DNA of 64,000 bases from an uncultured Bifidobacteriaceae bacterium (lineage in GTDB: Bacteria; Actinomycetota; Acidimicrobiia; IMCC26256; PALSA-555). The position numbers were made by a program, and so were the translations under genes. Numbering within the stretch: the stretch's first letter is position 1; the number at the start of each line of letters is the position of its first letter. The stretch covers positions 9,359-73,358 of the forward strand of contig CAZHKE010000005.1 in assembly GCA_964532485.1 (NCBI GenBank), written 5' to 3'. The notes under the pieces were generated by a model. That model saw only the letters and a list, made by a program, of their open reading frames with translations, was not told the origin of the DNA and searched no databases. Shown one piece after another: positions 16,326-25,962 of this stretch.

Positions 16326-18632
16326 TCAGTCCTCGGCGAGGGCGACCTCGACCGCGGCGTCGGGATCGAACTCGGCCCGCTCAGCCACCTCGACGACGAC
16401 CCGGTGCAACGTGCCGGTGAAGGGGAACGGCGGCCGATAGCGCCGCGACACCGCCGACCCCGAGTCCTCACCGCACGTCAGCCCCGCGTCGGTGATCGAG
16501 AAGCGCATCGGGGTGAACCGCCCCACCTCGGCGCTCGCGACCACCTTGCCGTCGACCTCGAGCCGCGCGCGGCCGCCCCGGAACATGCCGTCGCTGTCGA
16601 ACGAGAACACCACGGTGTGCTGACCAGGCTCGAGGGGCTCGCTCGCGGCGAGGTGATGCTCCTCCCGGCCCACGTAGTTGTGCACGTACTGGATGCGGCC
16701 GTCCTGCACGAAGAGCGTGTACCCGCCGAGGACGGAGCCGTGCGCGATCAGCACGCCCTCGGCGCCGTCGGCGGGGATCTCGACGTCGGCGGTGATGGAG
16801 TGCGACCGCCCCTTGACCTCCGCGGCGACCTCTTCGGGGACACGACCGCCACCCGGCCGGTACTCGTAGCGGGTCCGGTGCGGTATCCCCGTCGGCGGAG
16901 GGTCCATGATCGCGAAGTAGGGCTTGTTGTCGAGCGGGAGCACCTGGTACCGCTCCGCCTCCCGCCACCAGAGGTCGATGAGCTCCTCGAGCTTCTCCGG
17001 GTGCTCGGCGGCGAGGTCGGTCGTCTCGGAGAAGTCCTCCGCGACGTGGAACAGCTCCCAGACGTCGTCGTCGAACGGTGCGTCGGGATCGTCGTCGGGT
17101 GAGTACATCTTCCCCATCGGCTTGAAGGTCACGGCCTTCCAGCCGTCGTGGTAGATCGCGCGCGAGCCCAGCATCTCGAAGTACTGGGTGTCGCGGGTCC
17201 GTGCTGCGTCGTCGGCGAACGTCGCCGCGAAGCTCTCGCCCTCCAGGGGCTTCTGCTCGATGCCCTCGAGCACCGGCGGCGGTGAGACCCCCAAGACGTC
17301 GAGGATCGTGGGCGCCACGTCGATGGCGTGCACGAACTGGCGGCGCAGCTCGCCGCGGGCGGCGATTCCCGACGGGAAGTGCACGATGCACGGATCCGCG
17401 ACCCCTCCCTCGTGCACCTCACGCTTCCACCGTCGCAGCGGCGTGTTGCCCGCCATCGTCCAGCCCCAGGGGTAGTTGTTGTGCAGGTTGGGTCCGCCGA
17501 GCTCGTCGATGCGGGCGACCATCTCCTCGGTGGTGGCGGTCTCCATGTTCCAGTTGCGGGCGTCGTTGATCGACCCGTGCTTGCCACCCTCGGAGCTGGC
17601 ACCGTTGTCGCTGACGAGGACGATCAGGGTGTTGTCGAGCTCGCCGAGCTCCTCCAGGAACGACACGACGCGTCCGATCTGCGCGTCGGCGTGTGAGAGG
17701 AACCCCGCGAAGCACTCCATGAAGCGTTCGTACACACGTTGCTGGTCCGGCGCGAGCGAGTCCCACGCCGGCACCCAGTCGGGACGGGACGAGAGCGTCG
17801 TGCCCTCCGGGACGATGCCGGCCTCGAGCTGGCGGGCGAAGGTCTCCTCGCGCCAACGGTCCCAGCCCTGGTGGAAGTGCCCGCGGTAGCGCTCGACCCA
17901 ATCGGGTGGCGCCTGGTGCGGCGAGTGGCACGCGCCGGTCGCGAAGTAGAGGAAGAACGGCTTCGTCGGGTCGACGGCGCGCAGGTCGGTGACCCATTCG
18001 ATGGCGTGGTCGGCGAGGTCCTCGGTGAGGTGATAGCCGTCCTCGTGGTCGCCCGGAGACTCGGTCAGGTGGTTGTCGTGCACGAGCGCCGGAGCGAACT
18101 GGTGCGTCTCGCCACCGAAGAACCCGTAGAACCGCTCGAAGCCACGACCGAGCGGCCAGCGCCGGCGCGACGCGCCGAGGTGGGCCTCCTCGTGCGGGGT
18201 GAGGTGCCACTTGCCGATCGCGAACGTCGCGTAGCCGTGGTCGCGGAGAGTCTCGGAGAGGAATCCGCACGACTTCGGGATTCGACTCGTGTAGCCCGGG
18301 TAGCCGCGGGCGAGGTCGGTGATGCGCCCCATGCCGACCGAGTGGTGGTTGCGGCCCGTCATCAGACACGACCGCGTCGGCGAGCACAGCGCCGTCGTGT
18401 GGAACCCCGTGTAACGAAGACCACCTGCGGCGAGCCGGTCGAACGTCGGTGTCGAGATGTCCGAGCCGTAGCAGCCGAGCTGCGCGAAGCCCACGTCGTC
18501 GAGCACGACCAGCATCACGTTCGTCGCGCCCTCCGGCGCCCGCAGGGGCTCGGGCCACCACGGCTCCGAGTCCGTGTAGTCGCGGCCGATCCGACCCTGG
18601 AACTCTGCTCCGTCCATGCTCACGGCGGGCAT
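16326..18632 (-). CDS. arylsulfatase (formylglycine-dependent)
   Basis: VMLVVLDDVGFAQLGCYG, then CSPTRSCLMTGR (C-x-P-x-R FGly motif). Start taken at ATG 18632 (MPAVSMDG), with an alternative ATG at 18617. Confidence 0.9.
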   Translation of the reverse strand: MPAVSMDGAEFQGRIGRDYTDSEPWWPEPLRAPEGATNVMLVVLDDVGFAQLGCYGSDISTPTFDRLAAGGLRYTGFHTTALCSPTRSCLMTGRNHHSVGMGRITDLARGYPGYTSRIPKSCGFLSETLRDHGYATFAIGKWHLTPHEEAHLGASRRRWPLGRGFERFYGFFGGETHQFAPALVHDNHLTESPGDHEDGYHLTEDLADHAIEWVTDLRAVDPTKPFFLYFATGACHSPHQAPPDWVERYRGHFHQGWDRWREETFARQLEAGIVPEGTTLSSRPDWVPAWDSLAPDQQRVYERFMECFAGFLSHADAQIGRVVSFLEELGELDNTLIVLVSDNGASSEGGKHGSINDARNWNMETATTEEMVARIDELGGPNLHNNYPWGWTMAGNTPLRRWKREVHEGGVADPCIVHFPSGIAARGELRRQFVHAIDVAPTILDVLGVSPPPVLEGIEQKPLEGESFAATFADDAARTRDTQYFEMLGSRAIYHDGWKAVTFKPMGKMYSPDDDPDAPFDDDVWELFHVAEDFSETTDLAAEHPEKLEELIDLWWREAERYQVLPLDNKPYFAIMDPPPTGIPHRTRYEYRPGGGRVPEEVAAEVKGRSHSITADVEIPADGAEGVLIAHGSVLGGYTLFVQDGRIQYVHNYVGREEHHLAASEPLEPGQHTVVFSFDSDGMFRGGRARLEVDGKVVASAEVGRFTPMRFSITDAGLTCGEDSGSAVSRRYRPPFPFTGTLHRVVVEVAERAEFDPDAAVEVALAED

Positions 18633-18744
18633 CGTAGGACGTCGACTGACGCCCGTGTCAGGGTCAGGGCGTACACTGCCCGACCGGGACGGAGAAAGGG
18701 CTCCATCGTGACGAAGCGCGCGGCACCGTGACCGGGACCGAATC

Positions 18745-20154
18745 GTGAGGGGCATCCTCGCCGCGGCCGCCTACGTGCCGTACTGGCGCCTCGATCGGTC
18801 CGAGATCGCGGCGACGTTCGGCTCGGGCGGCGGGAAGGGCCGGCGCGCCGTCGCCAGCTACGACGAGGACACGACGACCATGGGCGTCGAGGCGGCGCGC
18901 CTCGCCATGCGCTCGGCGGGTGACGTCTCGCCCGTCGGCGTGGCGTTCGCGACGGCCAACCCCGCCTATCTCGACAAGACGAACGCGACGACGATCCACG
19001 CGGCCCTGCGGCTCGACGCCCACGTCGGCGCGTACGACTTCGGTGGCGCCGTGCGGTCGGGCGTCGGGGCCCTGCTCGCCGGGCTGGGCGCCGACGACCC
19101 GGTGCTCACGGTCACCGCGGACACGCGCGACGGCCTGCCCACGAGCGCCGACGAAGCTGGTGGCGGCGACGGTGCGGCCGCGATCCTGACCGGCTCCGAC
19201 GCGACGGGCACGGTGATCGCCGAGCTCGTCGGCCGCGCGAACGTGACCGAGGAGTTCATCGACCGTTGGCGTGTCCCCGGCGAGGCGCGCTCCAAGCAGT
19301 GGGAGGAGCGCTTCGGCGAGGTCAAGTACGTGCCGCTGGGCCAGGAGGCGTTCGACGGTGCACTGAAGCGCGCGGAGCTCTCGGCCGACGAGGTCGACAA
19401 GCTCGTCATCACGGGTGCGCAGCCGAGAGCCGTGCGGGCGCTGTCGTCCCGCCTCGGCGTCGACAAGGAGAAGATCGTCGACGACCTGAGCTCGACGGTC
19501 GGGTGGACCGGCACCGCGCACCCGCTGATGCTGCTCACGAGCGCGCTGGAGGCTGCGGAGGCCGGACAGGTGATCGCGATGCTGTCGCTCACCGACGGGG
19601 CCGATTGCCTCGTGTTCCGCGCCACGGCCGCGATCGCGACCTGGGAGCCGTGCCGCACCGTGGCGACCCAGCTCGCGGCGGCCGGCACGGTCCCCTACGG
19701 GAAGTTCCTCGCCTGGCGCGGCACGGTGAAGCTCGAGCCCCCGCGCCGACCCGAGCCGTATCGCATCTCGGCCTCCATCGCCGGGCGCCGAGAGGAGTGG
19801 AAGTACGGCTTCGTCGGATCGAGGGACCGGTCGTCGGGCGCGGTGCACCTGCCGCCGGCGCACGTGTCGATGAAGGGCGGCGCGGTCGACGAGATGGACC
19901 CCGCGCCGACGGCCGACGAGCTCGGCACGATCTCGAGCTTCACGATCGACCGCATCGCCTACTCGCCGAGCCCGCCGATCGTGTTCGCGGTCGTCGATTT
20001 CGACAACGGCGGGCGCGCGCCCGTGGAGCTCTGCGATCTCGACGCCGACGCGCTCCAGATGGGCGACCGCGTCGAGATGACGTTCCGCCGCCTGTACACC
20101 GCCGACGGCATCCACAACTACTTCTGGAAGGCCCGCCCCGTCCGCGGGGCATGA
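18745..20154 (+). CDS. HMG-CoA-synthase-like (thiolase-fold) domain fused to a DUF35 OB-fold domain
   Basis: The N-terminal ~330 aa look like a condensing enzyme (ASYDEDTTTMGVEAA, GTAHPLMLL). The C-terminal ~110 aa look like the DUF35 OB fold (GTISSFTIDRIAYSPSPPIVFAVVDFDNGGR...GDRVEMTF). Called by eye. Confidence 0.7.
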   Translation: MRGILAAAAYVPYWRLDRSEIAATFGSGGGKGRRAVASYDEDTTTMGVEAARLAMRSAGDVSPVGVAFATANPAYLDKTNATTIHAALRLDAHVGAYDFGGAVRSGVGALLAGLGADDPVLTVTADTRDGLPTSADEAGGGDGAAAILTGSDATGTVIAELVGRANVTEEFIDRWRVPGEARSKQWEERFGEVKYVPLGQEAFDGALKRAELSADEVDKLVITGAQPRAVRALSSRLGVDKEKIVDDLSSTVGWTGTAHPLMLLTSALEAAEAGQVIAMLSLTDGADCLVFRATAAIATWEPCRTVATQLAAAGTVPYGKFLAWRGTVKLEPPRRPEPYRISASIAGRREEWKYGFVGSRDRSSGAVHLPPAHVSMKGGAVDEMDPAPTADELGTISSFTIDRIAYSPSPPIVFAVVDFDNGGRAPVELCDLDADALQMGDRVEMTFRRLYTADGIHNYFWKARPVRGA

Positions 20155-20226
20155 CACCATTGGTTGCGTCCCTCACCCGCGCATTTCGGGTTGAGAGACG
20201 CAGGTAGGACGAGCACGAGGAGAGAC

Positions 20227-21420
20227 ATGGGCTCCCACGGCATCAAGGACCAGGTCGCCATCGTCGGGATGGGCTGCACCAAGTTCGGTGAGCACTGGGA
20301 CAAGGGCGTCGACGAGCTGCTCCTGTGGTCGACGTCCGAGGCCCTCGACACCGTGGGCGTCACCAAGGACGACATCGACGCGTACTGGCTCGGCACGGCC
20401 ATGGGCAGCGGCGGCGGACAGGCACTCGCTCGCCCGCTCGGCATGAAGAAGCCGGTCACCAGGGTCGAGAACTTCTGCGCGACCGGGTCCGAGGCGTTGC
20501 GCAACGCGTCGTACGCGATTGCCAGCGGCGCGTACGACCTCGCGCTGGCCGTCGGCGTCGAGAAGGTGAAGGACAGCGGCTACCAGGGCCTGGTGAGCGG
20601 CGGCGGTCCGCCAACCGACGGTACGAACCGGACTCTGACGGCGGCCGCGATGTTCGCCATGTGCGCACCGGCCTACGGCAAGAAGTACGGCGTCTCCGAC
20701 GAGCAGATGCGTGAGGTGCTCGCCCGCATCTCGTGGAAGAACCACCAGAACGGCGCGCGCAACGAGCGGGCGCAGTTCCGCAAGGACGTGTCGATGGACA
20801 CCATCTGCTCGGCCCCCCTCATGGCCGGCAACCTGCGCGTGTTCGACTGCTCCGGCGTCGCGGACGGGAGCGCGGCCGCGATCATCTGCCGCGCCGAGGA
20901 CGCGCACAAGTACACCGACACGCCGCTGTACATCAAGGGGCTGTCGTTCATCGCCGGCGACGCGACCGGCAACGCCGATCCCGACTACGACTACACGTGG
21001 TTCCCCGAGATCAAGATGACCGCCGACGATGCCTACGCCCAGGCCGGCATCACCGATCCCCGCAGCGAGATCGCCATGGCCGAGGTGCACGACTGCTTCA
21101 CGCCGTCGGAGCTGCTGATCTACGAGGACCTCGGGTTCGCCGACCGCGGCACTGCCTGGAAGGAGGTGCTGAACGGCACCTTCGACCTCGAGGGCGCCAT
21201 GCCGGTGAACCCCGACGGCGGCCTCAAGTCGTTCGGGCACCCGGTGGGTGCGAGCGGCCTGCGGATGTTCTTCGAGAACTGGCTCCAGCTGACGGGACGG
21301 GCGCCCGAGGAGCGCCGCATCACCACCGCGGACCGTGGGCGCGGCCTCGTGCACAACCTCGGGGGCTACCCGGGCGAGATGGTCAGCTTCGTCGGGATCG
21401 TGGGCAACGACAAGGGCTGA
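20227..21420 (+). CDS. SCP2-type thiolase (lipid-transfer-protein-like)
   Basis: ATG at 20227 with GGAG upstream. Nucleophile context VENFCATGSEAL, HDCF motif (AEVHDCFTPSE) and FGHPVGASGL. Confidence 0.9.
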   Translation: MGSHGIKDQVAIVGMGCTKFGEHWDKGVDELLLWSTSEALDTVGVTKDDIDAYWLGTAMGSGGGQALARPLGMKKPVTRVENFCATGSEALRNASYAIASGAYDLALAVGVEKVKDSGYQGLVSGGGPPTDGTNRTLTAAAMFAMCAPAYGKKYGVSDEQMREVLARISWKNHQNGARNERAQFRKDVSMDTICSAPLMAGNLRVFDCSGVADGSAAAIICRAEDAHKYTDTPLYIKGLSFIAGDATGNADPDYDYTWFPEIKMTADDAYAQAGITDPRSEIAMAEVHDCFTPSELLIYEDLGFADRGTAWKEVLNGTFDLEGAMPVNPDGGLKSFGHPVGASGLRMFFENWLQLTGRAPEERRITTADRGRGLVHNLGGYPGEMVSFVGIVGNDKG

Positions 21421-21459
21421 CTCCGGAGGGACGAGTCCAGAGCCTTCAGCTCGCCGTAG

Positions 21460-22251
21460 CTAGCGCGGGCGCGGAACCGTCGCGAGCGATCGGCGGATGG
21501 CCGACACGAGCCAGGGCGCGACGTAGGCGCTCGCCGTCGCGGGCTCGAAGTGCACACCGTCGGGCCGCAGCGCCGGGTCGAACTCACCACCCGGCCACGT
21601 CTCGACGAACTGCGCGAGGTCTACGACCCGAAGCGCCGACCGAGCGCGCGCGACGTCGCGCAGCACCTCGTTGAAGCGGTCCGTGCGGGCAGGATCGCGT
21701 GACACGTCGGCGTCGGGTGGCTCGATCGCCGGGCTGGTCACCCACACCGGCGTCACGCCGTGCGCGAGCACGAGGTCGACCGCGTCGAGCATCTGCTGCT
21801 CGAGGTACGCGTCGAAGACCGGATCGCCCGGCGCCCGCCACTCGGTGTCGCCCGGCAGCAGGTGGTCGTCGACCTCGATCGGCCCCACCTGGATCAGGGC
21901 GACGTCGGCGTTGCGCGCGTCGAGAGCGCGGTTCCATTGGGTCGCGCGGTCGCCGCACCCGTTCAGTCGGCGGACGACGCCGGCGTGACGAAACGACCCG
22001 TCGCGAGTGAGACCGCAGCCGTAGTACACCGCGCTGTCGACGATCTCGATCTGGCCGGGGTTGGTGCCCGCCCAGCGCTCGAGACCGTTGGCGGTCATGA
22101 GGCCCGACGAGTCGCCGAGGACGGAGACCCGCAGCGGCGTCGGCAGCTCCGAGGTGGCCGCGCTGGGCGACACACCCACGGCGAAGCCGCCGGCCACGGC
22201 GACTCCGGCGACGAGCGCGCCGACCAGGCGACGCATCACGTCGCGGCGCAT
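21460..22251 (-). CDS. secreted SGNH/GDSL-family hydrolase
   Basis: Signal-like MRRLVGALVAGVAVAGGFAVG, block I VSVLGDSSG and C-terminal RPDGVHF (the DxxH block). The start overlaps the stop of the upstream gene (TGATG). Confidence 0.75.
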   Translation of the reverse strand: MRRDVMRRLVGALVAGVAVAGGFAVGVSPSAATSELPTPLRVSVLGDSSGLMTANGLERWAGTNPGQIEIVDSAVYYGCGLTRDGSFRHAGVVRRLNGCGDRATQWNRALDARNADVALIQVGPIEVDDHLLPGDTEWRAPGDPVFDAYLEQQMLDAVDLVLAHGVTPVWVTSPAIEPPDADVSRDPARTDRFNEVLRDVARARSALRVVDLAQFVETWPGGEFDPALRPDGVHFEPATASAYVAPWLVSAIRRSLATVPRPR

Positions 22252-23759
22252 CAGGTGAGAGTGCGGAGACGTGGCGACGCGTCCGCCGTCTCCCACACCG
22301 CGAACAGCCGACCGTCGATCTCGGTGGTCCGCGCGGCGGGGCCGTACGCGCGCTCGAGGTCGCCGAGCGTGCACGGCAGTCCTTCGAGCGCGACCGCGAT
22401 CGTCGCCGGTCGACCCTCGAGCACCGACGTGTCGTTGTGCCAGGGCATCTGCCGTAGACGGCCACCCTTGTCGCACTCGACGTGGATCCACTCTGGGTCT
22501 CCCGGCTCGAGCTGTTGGGTGCGGACGGCGAGCCAGTAGTAGGCGTACACCCTGTCCCAGAGGTTGGCGCGTGCCCCGCGCGCAAGCGCGGTTGCGTCCG
22601 CGTCGGGCCGCGCGTCTCGATCTTCGACCGCCGACACGACGTTCGACGCGAACACGCCGACAACCAGCACTGCGATCATCACGACCGCAGCGTGGCCGGC
22701 GACGCCCGAGAGCCGATCGACTGAGACGACCGCGAGCCCGGCCACCCCGATCAGCCCGGCGGCGAGGTAGCGATCGAGCACGATGTCGGGGTCCGCGTAC
22801 ACGTTGACGAGCGTCACCGCGATCGGGCTCGACACGATGCACACCACCAGGGTGCGTGCGAGGAGCGACGCCGTCGACCAGTGGCGCACCGTCAGGACGG
22901 CCCCGACGACGCCGAGCACCACGAGGCCGAGTCGCAACCACGCGAGCGCGGTCGACCCGACCGGTCCGCTCGTCAGTTCGGAGCCGCTCACCCCGAGCAA
23001 GGCCGCGTACCGCTCGAGCACGAGCCGCGCGCGGTCGGGCAGGTCGGACAACGACGTGACGTGTCGCGCGCCACCTGCGACGCCGCGGAGGAAGACGTCG
23101 AACAGCTCGAGGAACCAGCGCGCGACCTGTGCCGCGAACGCGGACACGGCCAACACCGCCAGCACGACGGCACCTGCCCGACGACGCGGCGGCGTGAGGA
23201 GGTCGAACGCGGCGACGATCGCGGCGGGGACGCCGACGGCGTAGAGGACGAACGGATCCGACAACCAGAGGAACGCGCCGAGCGCGGTGACGCCGACCAG
23301 GGCTCCGATGCGCGGGTTCGGCCGCGCCGCGAGGACACCGAGCCACGCGAGCGCGAGGACGATGAGGCCGAGCTCGAGTGTCCGAGTGTTCGGGCTGAAG
23401 AACACCTGATCCCACGCGAGGGTCGTCCACAACGAGAGCACGGCGAACGCGGTGACGAGCCGCCAGCGGAGCGGCCGAGAGAGCTCGCCGCTGACGACGA
23501 GCCCGGCCGCGAACGCGGTCCCCGCGGCGAGGTTCGTGATCACCGCGGCAACGTTCACGCCGCGGCGCCCGACGACACCGATGGCGTCGAGCACGACGTA
23601 GAGCGGGTACCTGGTGACGAAGAGGTCCTCGGAGATCCATGCCTTCTCGTGACCGTGCGTGCCCCAGATGTCGAGCAGGCGTTGCCACGCGACGTCGTCG
23701 CTGTTGACCTGGCGCAGCAGCGAGCTGGCGACGACCGCGAGGGTGGTCGTCGCGGCCAT
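22251..23759 (-). CDS. polytopic membrane protein (possibly GT-C-like glycosyltransferase)
   Basis: 502 aa with at least 10 hydrophobic helices and a C-terminal soluble domain of about 110 aa. Translationally coupled to the SGNH gene. The GT-C assignment is inference from topology and context only. Confidence 0.6.
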   Translation of the reverse strand: MAATTTLAVVASSLLRQVNSDDVAWQRLLDIWGTHGHEKAWISEDLFVTRYPLYVVLDAIGVVGRRGVNVAAVITNLAAGTAFAAGLVVSGELSRPLRWRLVTAFAVLSLWTTLAWDQVFFSPNTRTLELGLIVLALAWLGVLAARPNPRIGALVGVTALGAFLWLSDPFVLYAVGVPAAIVAAFDLLTPPRRRAGAVVLAVLAVSAFAAQVARWFLELFDVFLRGVAGGARHVTSLSDLPDRARLVLERYAALLGVSGSELTSGPVGSTALAWLRLGLVVLGVVGAVLTVRHWSTASLLARTLVVCIVSSPIAVTLVNVYADPDIVLDRYLAAGLIGVAGLAVVSVDRLSGVAGHAAVVMIAVLVVGVFASNVVSAVEDRDARPDADATALARGARANLWDRVYAYYWLAVRTQQLEPGDPEWIHVECDKGGRLRQMPWHNDTSVLEGRPATIAVALEGLPCTLGDLERAYGPAARTTEIDGRLFAVWETADASPRLRTLT

Positions 23760-23878
23760 GACGAGGAGACCGACCAGCAGGACTGTGCGGTCGTGCGATC
23801 CCAGGCGTTCGACCGTCGGGCGGGCCTCGGTCCCGGTCGGTGGGATCCGCTCGTCGGCGGGAGCGGTCGCGGTGCCGA

Positions 23879-25903
23879 TCAGCCGAGCCTATGTGTCGCC
23901 GTGGCCGTGCGACCGGCGCCCGCTCGGGCCTGCTCGTCGTGCTCGGCGAGCGCCAGCGCCGTGGGCATGATGCGAGCAGCGACGAGATCGGCGCCGGCGT
24001 CGCTCAGATGGACGGTGTCGGGCGCCCGCACGGCTATGCCGTCGACGGCCGCGGTCCAGCGACCATCGGGATCGAGGAGCAGGTTGAGGTCGAAGAGGGT
24101 GGCCCGCGCCGGGTCCTCGCTTGCGACATCGAACGCGACGCCGTTCTGCCGTTCGACCCATGCGTTGTTGAACGACGACCGCCCGGGATCGACCGGCAAC
24201 CGCCACGGCTGGCGGAAGTACGGCTCGTTGAGCACGATCACGCGCGCGCCACCCGACGACAGCACGTCGAGCGCTTCCCGGAGGTCGCGGCGCGCCAGCT
24301 CGGCGCCCTCGGCGCTGTCGAACGCGATCTCCCGGCCCTCGATCCGACGGTCGACCGCGTCGTGCGCGCTGAGGAGCAGCAGCACGATGTCCGGGTCGAA
24401 CGTCGCGATGTGCTCCCTCCAGCGCACCCGCCACTCGGGGAAGCAGCGCAGGTCCGGCGTCTCCCAGTCGCCGACCCACCGCTCCCCGCGGTCGCTCGTG
24501 AGCCCGCACCCGGGCACGCTCGCGTCGAAGAAGACGAAGTCGTCGGTGGGTGCGCGGCGGCGGATGCCCGGCGCGAGGGAGCCCGCCACCGAGTCTCCGA
24601 CGAGCATCACCCGGGTCGGGAGCGGCGCGGCGGCAAGTCGGGCCTGCTGGACGGTCGGAGCCTTGACGTCGGCGGCCGACACCTCGACCTTGGCCGCTGG
24701 TGCACCGGCGGTCGCCAAGAGCACGCCCGCGAGCACGGCCACCGCGGCGCTCGGTGCGAGGATGCGGAGCCGGTTGCCGGGCAGACGGCCCTCGCGAATG
24801 GGCATCTCGAGCAGGTAGAAGGAGAGCGCGGCGATCACCAGCGTCACCGTCACGCGCACCGCGAACAACGCCTCGCCGTCGAGGCCGACACGCTCTTCGT
24901 CGAGCGCCACGTACACGGGCCAGTGGTAGAGGTACACGCCGTACGAGACGCGACCCACCCAGCGGATCCAGCCGATCGACAGGAGGACCGCGAGCGGCCC
25001 GCGCCGTGGTTGCACCACGGCCGCGATGACGACGGCGACGAGCAGGGCCTGGGCGAGGAACCCTCCCGTGTAGAGCAGGCTCTCGCGATCGCCGACGAGC
25101 ACCCACATCGCGGCGAGACCGAGCGCCGCCGCCACCGATGCGACCTGGAGCGCGGCGCGACCGACACGCCCTTCGATCACCGGCCGGTACAGCATCAGCA
25201 TCGCGAGCAGGGCCCCGACGAGCAGCGACTGCGCCCGCGTGTCGGTGCCGTAGTACACGCGTGACGGGTCGCGACCGGGCTCGTACAGCATCGCCATCAG
25301 CGCGACCGATCCCACGAGCATCGCGCTCGACATGACGGCGAGCGCGCGCGTCGAGCCGTCGCGGACGCGCAACACCGCGAACACGATCAACGGCCAGATC
25401 AGGTAGAACTGCTCCTCGATCGCCAGTGACCACACGTGGCGCAGCGGCGACGGTGCCTGGAACTGCGCGAAGTACGAACCGTCGGTGACGATGAACCGCC
25501 AGTTCGCCACGTAGCCGAGGGATGCCAGCGCGTCGCCTCGGATCGTGCGGAGCTCGTCGGGTGCCGCGAAGACGAGCGCGTAGATCACGACCAGCGCGAG
25601 CAGCAGCAGGAGCGCGGGGAGCAGTCGCCGTGCCCGGCGCAGCCAGAACGAGCCCAGCGCGATCCCGCCCGTGTCCTCCCGTTCGCGCAGCAGGAGCGTC
25701 GTGATCAGGAACCCGCTGAGCACGAAGAAGAGGTCGACGCCGAGGAAGCCGCCCTGTGCCCAGTCGAGGCCGCCGTGGTAGCAGAGGACACCGATCACGG
25801 CGAAGGCCCGCAGGCCGTCGAGCGCCGGGAGATAACGGAGGCGGCCGGTCATCCGGGGGAACACGCTACGCGTCGCGGGCGAGCCAGCCGTGACGTGCGT
25901 CAC
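23879..25903 (-). CDS. acyltransferase family 3 (OafA/YrhL-like) with C-terminal SGNH domain
   Basis: LPALDGLRAFAVIGVLCYHG, GFLGVDLFFVLSGFLIT, WSLAIEEQFY, then C-terminal VMLVGDSVAGS (SGNH block I). GTG start at 25903, with an alternative ATG at 25852. Confidence 0.9.
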   Translation of the reverse strand: MTHVTAGSPATRSVFPRMTGRLRYLPALDGLRAFAVIGVLCYHGGLDWAQGGFLGVDLFFVLSGFLITTLLLREREDTGGIALGSFWLRRARRLLPALLLLLALVVIYALVFAAPDELRTIRGDALASLGYVANWRFIVTDGSYFAQFQAPSPLRHVWSLAIEEQFYLIWPLIVFAVLRVRDGSTRALAVMSSAMLVGSVALMAMLYEPGRDPSRVYYGTDTRAQSLLVGALLAMLMLYRPVIEGRVGRAALQVASVAAALGLAAMWVLVGDRESLLYTGGFLAQALLVAVVIAAVVQPRRGPLAVLLSIGWIRWVGRVSYGVYLYHWPVYVALDEERVGLDGEALFAVRVTVTLVIAALSFYLLEMPIREGRLPGNRLRILAPSAAVAVLAGVLLATAGAPAAKVEVSAADVKAPTVQQARLAAAPLPTRVMLVGDSVAGSLAPGIRRRAPTDDFVFFDASVPGCGLTSDRGERWVGDWETPDLRCFPEWRVRWREHIATFDPDIVLLLLSAHDAVDRRIEGREIAFDSAEGAELARRDLREALDVLSSGGARVIVLNEPYFRQPWRLPVDPGRSSFNNAWVERQNGVAFDVASEDPARATLFDLNLLLDPDGRWTAAVDGIAVRAPDTVHLSDAGADLVAARIMPTALALAEHDEQARAGAGRTATATHRLG

Positions 25904-25962
25904 AGCGCTGAGCGGCGGTGGGGCTTTCGTGCGGGTCGTGGCCCGTGGTCGACAATGGTTCC

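Noticed and set aside
18633-18755. Upstream extension of the arylsulfatase ORF (MPLTIRSRSRCRAL...)
   Set aside because: The segment is Arg/Ser-rich, reaches into the divergent promoter region and overlaps the start of the HMGCS-like gene. Sulfatase homology plausibly begins near MPAVSMDG.
21460-23688. 742-aa ORF fusing the SGNH gene frame with upstream sequence
   Set aside because: Upstream of MRRDVMRRLVG the translation is Arg/Pro junk and is out of frame with the well-formed 502-aa membrane protein gene 22251..23759.
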